Assembly (NCBI GenBank): GCA_028534125.1
Contig: CM052816.1
Span: forward strand, 21,826,001-21,890,000
DNA: 64,000 nt
From: Lama glama
Taxonomy: Eukaryota
Direction: 5' to 3'
In this document: positions 1-11,455 of the stretch, piece after piece
Layout: every line of letters begins with the position of its first letter
Numbering within the stretch: position 1 is the stretch's first letter
Translations under genes and position numbers: made by a program
The notes under the pieces: generated by a model
Seen by the model: the letters and a program-made list of their open reading frames with translations, nothing else
What the model was told of the DNA's origin: nothing
Databases searched by the model: none

Positions 1-759
1 GAGGTGTTGAGTTTGTCGGGCACATGAACAATGTTGAACCCTCTGGGGGCCCTCTGGGCTGGCGAGCTGAGTTTCCCATGCTTGGAACTGTGCATCACTC
101 CTGCAGCAGACATGGATGTATCCCCAGTATGTGCCCTGGGCCAGGGACTCTGCTCAGGGAAAGACCCATTCTTAGACAGTTCCCAACCCAATGTGATGGG
201 CATGAGCCGAGGGCCATGCTGGGTCTGAGTCTCAGGATATAAGTCCTTTTCTGTGGGGAGAGGAGAGAGTGGGAAGCAGAGTCAGGGCAGGATTAATAGT
301 ACCTGCTAAGTAGAGAGACATTACAGGTGTGAGGCAAGCAGTTCTAACTGAGGGCCCACAGGTGTGGTGGAGGGAGGCTGGAGAAGCAGCGGGGCCTGGG
401 ACACTGGCACAGGGCAGATTGTCCCACCAGTTAACAAAGCCTAGGCTTCAACCCTCACTTGCAGAGGTCCCTTTGAAGCCTCTACTCTTTGATTTTATAT
501 TATTTTTCTTAAAGAGGGGGCTTCAGAATTGGAAAAAAATCTCAAAGTCCCACAAACCCCTGGATCTGCTGCTGGTGCCCTGAAACTTGGATGAAACCAC
601 TCACCTTGCAGGATATCGTGCGTTGCAAGTAAATTAATTCATGTGACACACCTAGTGTTATGCTTGAGCTCAGAGCCCAAGACAGTAGGCAGTTAGTCTG
701 TGGGAGTCAATTTTTTAAAATTACTGTTATTTTGGAATAGTGTTAGATAGATCAAGGAA

Positions 760-950
760 AAGGTGTAAGCTTCTGATCCAGAAAGACCTAATTCAAATCC
801 TGGTTTTCTCACTTCCTAGCTGTGTGGCTTTGGAGGAGCTAAGTGACCTCTCTAATTCTCACCTTCACTGTCTATGAAGTGGAGGTGACGATACCCAGCT
901 CATGGGGTGTCACAAGGACTAAAGGAGCCAGTGTAGGGAAAGTGCCTGAT
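760..950 (+). mobile_element. MIR SINE remnant
   Basis: Core TTCAAATCCTGG...CACTTCCTAGCTGTGTGGCTTTGG...AAGTGACCTCTCT. Confidence 0.65.
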
Positions 951-2066
951 GTCCAGCCTGGGTTTTAAGCAAAACAGCCCTGTTTGCTTTTCTTTTCTAG
1001 TGAGATGGCTCTGGTTCTGATGGATTGAACAGGTGGAGCAGGGCGAGAGTGTGTGCACAAGCCTCGTCAGGAAGTAGTTTTGATGGAAGGAGGAGGTGGA
1101 TATGAGAGGGATTTACAAGTGAGGGTGGATGAGCCTGACTTCTAGAAGTCCAGGAGGGGACACCAGCAAGGCCATCTCCAAGTTTGGGTCCTGGGGACTG
1201 GGACAGGCTTGGGGAGGAGGATGAGCTTCCTTTGCGGCACATTACATTGTGCAGGGCAAGCCACCTGGTTTCTGTAGCCTTCCGAAGACATTGAGGTTCT
1301 GAGTCAGAACCTCAGTGAAGAGGTCTAACTGGAAACCTGGGCGCAGGAGTGGCTGGTAAAGAGATAAGTGGTGGTCAGCTCGAGGAGCATTGTCAGTGGA
1401 AGTGAGGAAATTGCAGCATTCAAGTGTTGAGCCAAAGGAGGGAGACCCACCTGTTCACCTTGGAAACTCGAAAAGATCGAGGGGAGTCAGGGAGGTGAGC
1501 GGGGGTCCTGGAGGTCGGGACACGCACTCACTGCCCAAGGGGGTGGCCTGCCTGCTGCAGAGGCCTTGGAGGGTGAGGGCTCCTAATGCCGTCTGGGGGC
1601 CTCTGCCAGAGCTGTGAGATGTGCTGGAGGATGGAGAGGCTGCTCTTTGGAGGGGTGGCCTGGGCATGGTTCAAGGGGGTGAATCCGAAGATGCTGCTGA
1701 GAAGAAGGACAGCTGGAGTGAGGACCTAGGGAAGGGGAGCCCCGAGGGGAAGGCAGGTTCCTTCTGAGCAGGAGGACATCTGTTGCTGGGCACCAGGTTG
1801 GCAGGGGTCAGAGCGGGGAGCGGGGCAAATGCTGAGGGGAAAGGACTCAGGGACCAGCAGAGCTTGGGAGGTATCAACCTGCAGTGCACGGTGGCCTCTC
1901 CAGCTGCACAGCGGCTCCATGGGAGCACGGACGTCGTATGTACGAGTAGATCTAGGGGGGCTTGTAGGGTGGGAGAGGGCAGGGCTGAGGGCCTATGCAC
2001 TAACGAGTGAGGGGTTCAGGCTTGGGAATGCCATCTCTTTATGAAGCTATTTGTTCAACTCCACAG

Positions 2067-2210
2067 GCAGGAACTCTTAAAATTATTGATCGGAAAAAGC
2101 ACATATTTAAACTTGCTCAGGGAGAATATATTGCGCCCGAGAAGATTGAGAACATTTACATCCGGAGTGAGCCTGTTGCACAAGTCTACGTCCACGGGGA
2201 CAGCTTAAAG
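2067..2210 (+). CDS. ACSL6: ACSL6 internal coding exon (144 nt, phase 0-0): [48 protein letters not shown]
   Basis: CCACAG acceptor and AAG|GTGAGT donor; translation carries the ACSL signature [23 protein letters not shown]; frame continues into the next exons. Confidence 0.96.
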
Positions 2211-2396
2211 GTGAGTCCTCTAAGCTTCAGCCCTCCCACACTTACTGGGCCTGCTGAAAAATCCAGAGGAATATGGAGATAACTTCCTAAGTGTCTGGCA
2301 TTTGATTAAAGTGATGAACTTTAATTTGCAATCAGACACCAGTATTCTTCTGCATATTAGCTCATGAGAGAAATTCCTTTCTAAGGGAGAAATCTT

Positions 2397-2530
2397 TTTT
2401 TGGGGGGGGGTTAATTAGGTTTATTTATTTTTATTTATTTATGTATTTTTAATGGAGGTACTGGGGATTGAACCCAGGACCATGTTCATGCTAGGCATAC
2501 ACTCTACCACTGAGCTATACCCCTCCCCAC
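2397..2530 (-). mobile_element. tRNA-derived SINE, camelid Vic-1-like
   Basis: Reverse strand shows box A (TAGCTCAGTGG) and box B (GGTTCAATCCC) and an AT-rich tail; perfect 14-bp TSD AAGGGAGAAATCTT at 2383-2396 and 2531-2544. Confidence 0.85.
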
Positions 2531-3382
2531 AAGGGAGAAATCTTAATTGCTTATAGTTTGATAAGTTGTAATTAGGTAAATAAGTTACTTGAAGTGGTAG
2601 TAACGAACATCCCCACTACTTTTAACTTACACTGCATCTACTTCCAGGGGGAATCTTAGTGTAAGATGCTAAAGCAAGATTCAGGGCTTTTGCTGTTTTG
2701 ATTTTGAAATATGCAAATGAACTGTACAGTTAAATCTGTGCATTATTACAAATAATGGTACTGATGACATAGCTTAATGTATATTAAGCTAATGTGCTAA
2801 TATAGTTTAGGATTAAATTGTGTGGAGAGGATTTATATTTATTCTGCTTTCAATATCATTTAGATCTGAAGTCAGAACTATCACTGTGAATGTATTCTGT
2901 GCTATCACTGGATTTATATAGTTAAATATTAAATTATTTTTTAAGAAAATGCTTTAAAAATTAAAATGGTGTTCTTCATGAATGAGGGCCATGTTAATGA
3001 AGCAATTTCAAAATGGTCTGGAAATCCTAAGAAATATGTGTGTTTTGGTTCATGGAGTTGGCTGATGCCTGAGCTGTACTCATTTAAGATTGGTGTGAGA
3101 ATCAAAGGTACGTATAGGTCTAACCTTGCCGATTCTTAATCTCCTTATGCTTATTCTTTATTGACTTTTTTACAAAGTTAGGGAAGTATATCAGAAATAT
3201 TCAAGAACATTTCTGTCAAAAATGTGTGATATGTTGGTGGAAATGTTTCATATAATAAGCGTATACTGATGTTTAGAAAACGGTGCAGTCTGAGAATACC
3301 AAAAGATTAGCTTTCATGCTGGACCACAGATAACTGTCTTAAGAGCTTTTGTCATAACTGTTTTCCTTTCTGGGGATCACAG

Positions 3383-3484
3383 GCCTTTTTGGTGGGCATT
3401 GTCGTGCCCGACCCAGAAGTCATGCCATCTTGGGCCCAGAAAAGAGGAATTGAAGGGACATATGCAGAGCTCTGCAAAAATAAG
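3383..3484 (+). CDS. ACSL6: ACSL6 internal coding exon (102 nt): AFLVGIVVPDPEVMPSWAQKRGIEGTYAELCKNK
   Basis: TCACAG acceptor, AAG|GTCTGT donor; phase 0-0; matches recalled ACSL6 C-terminal domain. Confidence 0.95.
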
Positions 3485-4394
3485 GTCTGTACCTTGGGGT
3501 TGTTCCCTAAAAGACTGATGGACTTCCTGTGACACAGAATAATGAGAGGTCAGAAAAACAGTAGCCTAAGTGATATTTGAATATGTAGGGAAATTTCTAA
3601 CTTTATTTTATAAGTGGTGAGAATCCTAAACCAGAGGTTTGTCTATTATTGTTGTAGAAAGAACTCATATTTCTTCTTAGAATGCTCAACAAACTATTGA
3701 ATTTCCCAGCCAGGAGATGTGACAGAAAGCTTGCCCAGCCCCATTGTTGTGCAGCTTGCAGGAGAGTCCAGAGAGGGAAGTGGCTTGCCCAAGGCCACAC
3801 AGCTGGTTAACAGCAGTGTCAAATGTGAGCGTAGGCCTTCTGACTCACTGGCCCTGCTCTCTCCTAATGTGAGGTCGGTTTGGTGTTTACTGGGCTTAGA
3901 GAGACAGTCATGGAATTGAAAAGGTAGCACAGTTCTCCCTGCTTAGAGCATTAGCTACTCACACCTTCCAGAAACCTGCTCATGGCACACGCAGGGTCCT
4001 GTGGAAGAGGACCTCTGTGCCCTGGCTCAGCCTCGGCCCCTCAGTCACATGATCTGCTTCTCAGCAGCAGCCGTGAACCCTAGAGCTCCCACTGGGCCCT
4101 GGGCTCTTCTGGGGGTGACAGGGTCCCTGGGACTCACCAGGCTGACCAGAGGGCTCCTTAAAAAATCAAGTGGTCCCTTAGCCAGTTCCCGGTCACTCCT
4201 TAGGCCGTGCCTGGCACTGACTTGCCAGACGAGAGGTGATGATTGGAATGCTGCTGGGAAGTGTCAGCTCCAGTTGGGGGTTTGAAGGTAGGGGAGCATA
4301 GATTCCTCTACCTCCATTTTGAAATGTGTTTTTTTTTGTTGTTGTTGTTGTTGTTGTTTTGCCTTGTAATTTTTACCCATGTGGTTCAATTCAG

Positions 4395-4466
4395 GAGCTG
4401 AAGAAAGCCATTTTGGAAGATATGGTGAGGTTAGGAAAAGAAAGCGGACTCCATTCTTTTGAACAG
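4395..4466 (+). CDS. ACSL6: ACSL6 penultimate coding exon (72 nt): ELKKAILEDMVRLGKESGLHSFEQ
   Basis: TTCAG acceptor, CAG|GTAACT donor; phase 0-0; ACSL6-like peptide. Confidence 0.95.
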
Positions 4467-7089
4467 GTAACTGTTACCTTCTCCACACTTATGACTGCCC
4501 TGTATGCAGGGATGAAAATTAAAGCAACCAGTGCTGGCTCTGACCTAGATTCCCCACCCTCCATGCTGTGGCCCTCAGGCAGGCTGTGTTCCAACGGACC
4601 CCTGAAGGCCTGTTCCAAGCTGACTTTGCAGCAGCCTGCATCATAACTAAAACAGGTCGTATGTCGCGTGAGGCTGCGCTCATTGTCCTCACAATCACAG
4701 ACATTCTGAAAGCCGAAATATTACCCGAGCCATCACTGGTGGAGCATGTGTACACGGTTGTCTCTGAGCTGCCTACAGTACTCAAGACCAGAGTCCTGTC
4801 TTATTTTTATGGGGACTGTCTTCTTGGCTGCAGCAGGCAAGCTTACTTGCTGGGACATCAGTTGTGCTCCTGGGGGCCAGTGATCCGTCAGCCTAGCATG
4901 CCCTCTACGGAGTGTGTGGGGAGAGGACACAGCAGACCTCTAAGACTTTTTGTCTTTGCAAGGTGGTGGTTTTTACTGTAACCAAGTTCCTGCATGTCTG
5001 TTCCTGCTTACACATGCCATTTGTACATTCTCTTTAGTCAAAAATTCAAAAAGAAAAATTCTTCAAGCAGAAAAATATTAATATACTGATTTTTAAAATT
5101 TCCTAGTATGTATTTAATGTAATTGTTCTCCAGTAGGGTCCCCAGATACAGTATTCAGGATCTATGAGGCTTATGAGAATTTTAAATTCTGTATGTTCAT
5201 TTTAATGATAACCTAAAAGCATTTTAAAACCAGTTTTAAATATAAAACTCTTACAGCAGTTATTTGCAATAAGAAAACATTTCCACAGATTAAGATTTTC
5301 ATTTCTTAAGTTTCAAACTCAGGAAATCTAAACACAGTTTCTGGGTTTGAGAGAATTGTTTTTCTTTTGAAACAGATCTTTACCTTAATCTAGCTTGAGA
5401 AACACTGCTTTACCCTCATCTGTCAGCTTGTTTTAGGGCACATAAGGCCTGGATGAATCATCTTCGTTTTAAAAAATTATAAAATCTGAGGCATCCAAGC
5501 AGGTTATATTTAGCTTTCTGAATACAAGGTCAATTCTGGCATAATAATTATTTAAATTTCTAAACTTCCTAGTACTCTCTTCCTTGCTCTTCCATTAAGG
5601 GGAGCTGTGTGTATTATCCCACAGGGCAGGGGCCACAGATGAGTGGTCTGAGACCTAGGTAATCTGGGTCTACGTGTTGATCTGAATGGGTGGCTGTAAG
5701 GTCACTGGGGATGCAGTTACCTAAAAGGAGCTCCTGCAGTTACCCTTGCAATTCCCAAGGCCTGCACGCCCCCTGCTGGGTGTGGGCTGCGTGACCTGCC
5801 TCAGGGCACGTGGAGAATCTTAACAGCTAGATTCCTCTCCCCGGTAAAGACTACTGACTCTTAAGATTATGTTTAAAAGGGGTCTTCGGTTAAGTGTCCA
5901 GCATTAACCATTGCTCAAGTTAGAGCTTTTACTGGGAGGAGATGTATTCTTGACTTCCATACACCGTACGCAGTTTCTGCTTTAATAATCGGCCCTCACT
6001 ATGGTAACCTCAAGTACAGAGAAATCTGGCATCTCAAAGGCCTGAGTTTTATTGCCAAGACTGTTACCTCTTCACTTTCTCTGTTCTCATTCTCCTCTTT
6101 GTTAGTCTGTGGTGTCCTCCCCACCACAGCCAGTGTGTGCCTCAGCTGACCACAGGCAAGCAGAAACCAAGCCTCACACCTGAGGAGCATATACTCCCAG
6201 TTGTGTTATAAAGCTCAACATAGATTATTCGAGTTAATCCATGATCCACTGTCAGCTTGTCCTTTTCACTTTTCCTCAAAAAGGCGTGATCAATTAAGGC
6301 TTAACCCTAATTTTTTAATCTCTCTCCTACACACACACAAATGCACAACACACACAAATAGATATCCAAGCCCAAGACTTAAATAATTCAACAGAAGTTT
6401 TAGGAGTTTAGACTTACTGGGCAGAGTTGATCTGAATTAAACTTTGAATTAGATAAAAGATAGTGTAATTTAATTTCCAGAAGACAATTCCGAGAACTGG
6501 GCCAACCATTATTAATTTATGGAGATCTTTGGAAGATATTTTTAATGGCCGATAGGAGGTATTTAAAATAACTGTATCAATAATTAAAATACGTAGGTAC
6601 TTGGGAACTATTTGAGCCTACTTGTGATCTAATGATTCTCTTGACATTTGTATGCCTTATTAGCTTGCATAGGCATTTAAATACAAAATGAACTTTGATC
6701 CTTGAAAGATTTTTCAAATTCTCACTATGAAGCCCTCACTAAAAATATTTTGTTATATTTCTTGTCATTGAAATGAGTATTTACATAACCAGTTTGCCTT
6801 TAAATCAGAACTGAATAGAGCATTTCCTTAATTAATTAAAAAAATTTTAATCTCTTCTGTCCTAATTCATTCTGTTTATTATCTGTAGGCAGTATTTTGT
6901 ATTAAAGTGTTTCATTGAGTAATACCATTGGAAGATTTTAAATACTATATTTTTTCAGAATTACGAAAAGTTCTGTGCTGTAATGAGTTGGCATAAATTG
7001 ACACTTTTACAGTATTATATTCCAATATAGTATTTAAATGTTACAGAATTAAAAACTTTTTTTGTATTTATGTGTTTTTTTCATGTTGA

Positions 7090-7368
7090 ATTTTTTTAAA
7101 TTATTGAAGTACATTCAGTTTACAATGTGTCAACTTCTGGTGTACAGCATGTGTTAGTCATACATATATACATATATTCTGTTTCATAGTCTTTCTCATT
7201 ATAGGTTATTACAAGTTATTGAATATAGTCCCCCGTGCTATACAGTAGGATCCTGTTGTTTATCTATTTTTTATATAGTAGTTAGTATCTGCAAATCTCG
7301 AACTCCCAATTTATCCCTTCCCACCCCCTCTGCCCCCTGGTAACCGTAAGTTTGTTCTCTATGTCTGT
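7090..7368 (-). mobile_element. 5'-truncated L1 3' end (cetartiodactyl/camelid type)
   Basis: Reverse complement resembles the L1 3' UTR at 52653-53045 (TGTGCTATACACCAGAA, GGGAACTATATTCAAT, GGTTACCAGGG). Confidence 0.75.
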
Positions 7369-9659
7369 TACGGTATTTTTAAATAAAAAAAAAAAACTAT
7401 AGAACCACTTTTCAGTGACAAGAATGTGGTTTCGGAAGGGGAGCTAACATTAACATTTCAGAGCGAAGCTAACATCCTTCTTTCCTCAAAAGAAACTTTG
7501 CTTATTGTGAACTGGAAAACAAGTTTTATATTGTGTTAGGCATAAAGGGAAAATGAAGATTCTCATTCATTTTTTTGCCCACAGTTCAACAGTGTAGTTC
7601 TATTAGAAAATACATAATTATTTACAAAAAATGAAAATGGATTTTATTACTGGTTTACTTCTGAAAAAAATGACTGATTTGGGACCCACAGTTAAGATCA
7701 GTGTTAGTTAAAGAACTGTTTTGACCCGTTTACTGACTGACTTGCTAAATAGAGTTTTAGTCATTGGAGCAGTTGGTGTAATTATTTTGATGGGAGAATT
7801 TAAGAAGACCCCGGGCTGTAAGTCAGAATGGAGCAGGGACTGGCAGCAGTGCCACCCGATCCGCTCACTGAGTGGCTGAGTGGTGAGCTGGATGCTGTAT
7901 TGCTTGGTTTCACACAAGACTGTATTTAATTGTATTTCCTCTCCTCAGGCAGCGACTGTGTGGTAGAAAGCCACATTGAACTGCAGATGCCCCAGTCAGC
8001 CCTCTAGGCTTGCTACAGGTAGCTGGTTTGACAAGATATTCAACATGCACCAGCTGATGCAGGCCTTTCTTCCTAAGATCATAATGTTTTCTTTTACATT
8101 CTACTCACCATCTAAGTAGCATACGTAGCTCTCCCTGTGAAATTCGTCCTCCCTGTACTGTACTGTATTGTTTGAAGCTGCTCCTTGTGACTACTGGATC
8201 TTCAAAGGTGTTCACCCAAGCCACTGTACAGAACGTAGACTCTTGTCTCAGTTACACTATGTTCTCCACATGCTGTTAGGAACGCAGATGAGCTGAAACC
8301 CGGGCCGCAAGGACACTGTAGAAATTACATCTTGGCATTTGCATCTCCTTTTAAAATAATATTATTAATTTCATTTACAAAAGAAGGTGGGTAGATTATT
8401 TGCACTTGTCACAAGTCTTTATGTGAGACTGTTTCTATCAGAAAGGAACTTAGAAAAAAAGTTAAAAGGTAGTAGCACCATCAGTTTTTCAGTTTTTCAT
8501 TGTATGACAGTAAACATGAGTTACTAAGTTAAATCACTCCGTCTAGGATTAGGTTTGATTTGGATTGTGTTCATGTTTTCTTTAAACTAACTATTTTTGT
8601 TATCAAACAATGATTTCCAAACTTAAGTAGCAGAACTGCAGTGATATCTTACGTGAAAGCTGAGCATGTACAAAACATACGAGCAGCACTGCGGTTTGAA
8701 CTACAGCCTCTCTTCAACCTGGCCCCTTCACCCACCCCTGCGTCACTGCACCTCCATGCACCTCTGCCTCTCCCCCACCTCACCGCACCTGCCTGCCTAC
8801 AGCCCGCCCTCTCACCCATCTCCACCTCCACACACACCCCAGCAGTGGCCCCTGCAGAACCACAGCTCTCAGTCCACTGCGGTCTGAAAACATCTCCCTT
8901 GGGTCCTGTTTCCAGGAAATATTGGGTCCCCTGGGATGGTTTGTGTTTGATAAAGACAAATTAGGAGAAAAGTATCTTCCAGAGGGTTCAAAATACAGCA
9001 GGCCGTATTCCTTGCCAAATCTTTCCTTCTTTGAATATCAAGAACACAGAGTTTTCAAACAAAACACTTTTTACACGAATCTTAACTAATTTTGAAACAT
9101 TGGATAATGCCCCATTTTAGCAAAGAGATTCAGATTTCCAGCTATTTATATTGGGTATCCAAGAAGAAATCCTTTCAACATGGGTAGCAGGGTTGCGGCA
9201 GCTACCTGTAAGGCTAGCTTTAGTCTTAGCCTAAAGTTCTGTCCTCCCCATCCCACCACACACATGAATCCCTTAAAATACTATTTTTTAAAAAAGCAAA
9301 AGCAAACCCTTCATCTGAACAAATTGATGAGACAGATGAATCTGATTTATTAATGCTGTGCTCATTTGAAAGTTGTCAAATTTTAAAATTACAAGTATGG
9401 GTTTAAAAAATGCCAGAATTTGTTAGAATTTTTCTTAAAAGCTTTTTAAGAAGTTGGAAATACAGTTGTTGTAGAGGTATTCTTTGTATATTGAGTTTTT
9501 GAGCTGAAAAGTCAGTGAATGTAATGGAGAACTTTCTGAGCAAAAAATTCTTTGTCATCTCAAAATACTCACTTGCAGGAACACTAGACTATTTGCATCA
9601 GAGATTTTGAAAACAATCAGTGACCTGCTGAGTTTTTGCAACTATTTGCATACATTAAT

Positions 9660-10425
9660 TTTTTTCTAATTTTTAAATTGTAATTAAATGCATATAAACA
9701 TAAAATTCACCATCATAAACCATTTTTAAATGTGCAGTTCAGTGGCATTAGTGCATTTGTAATGTTGTACAACCATCATCCCCATCCATCTCTATAACTC
9801 CTTTCATCTTGTAGAACTGAAGCTCTATACCCATTAAACGATAATTCCCAATTCCCCCTCTGTCCCCAGCCTCTGGAGACCACCATTTTACTTGCTGTCT
9901 CTATGATTTTGACTACTCTACTTCATATAAGTGGAATCATACAATATTTATCTTTCTGTGACTGGCTTATTTCACCTAGCATAACGTCCTCCAGTTTCAT
10001 CTTATAGCATGTTATAGCATGTGTGAAAATTTCTTCCCTTTATAAAGTATATAATATTCCATTGTATGTCTATACCACATTTTGCTTATCTATTCATCTT
10101 ATTCATCTGTCCATGGATATTTGCGTTGCTTCCCTGTTTTGAATATTGTGAGGAATGCTGCTATGAACATGGATGTACAAATATCTCTTTGAGATCCTCC
10201 TTTCAGTTCTTTTGGGTATATACCCAGTAGTTGAATTCCTGGGTCATATGGTGGTTCTATTTTTAATTTTTGGAGGAACTGCCATACTGTTTTCCATAGC
10301 AGCTGCACTATTTTACATTCCCACCAACAGTGAACAGGGTTCCAATTTCTCTGTATCCTCACCAACATTTGTTATTTTCTGTCTTTTGGATAATAGCCAC
10401 CCTAATGGGTGTGAAGTGATACCTA
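9660..10425 (-). mobile_element. L1MA/MB-type 3' end with ORF2 C-terminal remnant
   Basis: ORF 10099-10368 encodes L1 ORF2-like [20 protein letters not shown]...[12 protein letters not shown]; typical L1 3' UTR. Confidence 0.85.
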
Positions 10426-10769
10426 CATTGATTTTGAAATAAGTCATTTCCTGATTGTATCCACTGATTTTAATTAACAGTTCTTTTATGACGGTAGCAT
10501 CTGACACAGTGACCTTCTACTGCTGTTTTCTTGACTTTTGTAACCCACACTCTAGTTGTTTTCTTCTCCTTAAGTCACTGCTTCTCTGTCCAAAGCCCAG
10601 GCTGAAGCTCTATCCTACATACTAATACCATTATATCCAATGTCCAGAAACCACTTGGATGCCTCAGAAGCATTTCAAACTTAACATGAATACTTGATCT
10701 TCCCACCTCCAAAGAATCGTTTTGGCTCCTCCTACAGCTTTTCTGCTCAAGCAGAAACCTAGAGCCATT

Positions 10770-11455
10770 TTTTTTTTAGTTGGCAGAAAGTGCTTTATTT
10801 TATATGGACTTCATAGCTATCACTGAAAATGACCTATTTTTGAAGTGTCATACCTTTTTGGAGAATCTGGCTTCTTTTTTTTTTTAAATAGCAGCATTAT
10901 TTATAATTGCTGAGATATGGAAGCATCCTAAGTGCACATCAATAGATGAATGGATAAAGAAGATACAGCATATATATGTAATGGCATACAACTCACCCAT
11001 AAGAAGGAAGGATATTTTACCATTTGCAGCCCTTTATTCACTTTTTTTTGCCACTTCAAAACCAGAATTTTATAACTGGCATAAACAAAATACCTAGAAA
11101 TAAACTTAACCAAGGAGATTACCTATACTCTAAAAACTAAAACACTGATGAAGGAAATTGAGGATGATACAAAGAAATGGAAAGATATCCTGTGCTCTTG
11201 GATTGGAAGAACCAACATTATCAAAATGGCCGTACTACCCGAAGCAATCTACAGATCCAGTGCAACCCCTGTGAAAATACTCATGACATTTTTCAGAGAA
11301 CTAGAACAAACAATTGCAAAATTTATGTGGGACCATAAAAGACCCTGAACTCCCAAAGCAAACTTTTGCAGGTCTTTTTTTTTTTTCTCTTTCTTTTTTT
11401 TTTCTCTTTCTTTTCTCTCTCTCTCTCTCTTTTTTTTTGTTCTCTTTTCTTATGG
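10770..11455 (-). mobile_element. TSD-flanked composite retro-insertion containing L1 ORF2 fragments, inside an L2 remnant
   Basis: TSD CCTAGA(G/A)CCATT at 10758-10769 and 11456-11467; poly(T) and TTTATT at left end; ORF 11148-11348 is L1 ORF2-like (KKWKDILCSWIGRTNIIKM). Confidence 0.7.

Noticed and set aside
2067..2070. Alternative acceptor CAG-GCAG at the ACSL6 exon start
   Set aside because: The second AG is 4 nt downstream and would frameshift; the first AG keeps the AGTLK frame.
4568..4981. 137-aa intronic ORF downstream of an ACSL6 exon
   Set aside because: Non-ATG start, no recognisable homology and no convincing splice sites.
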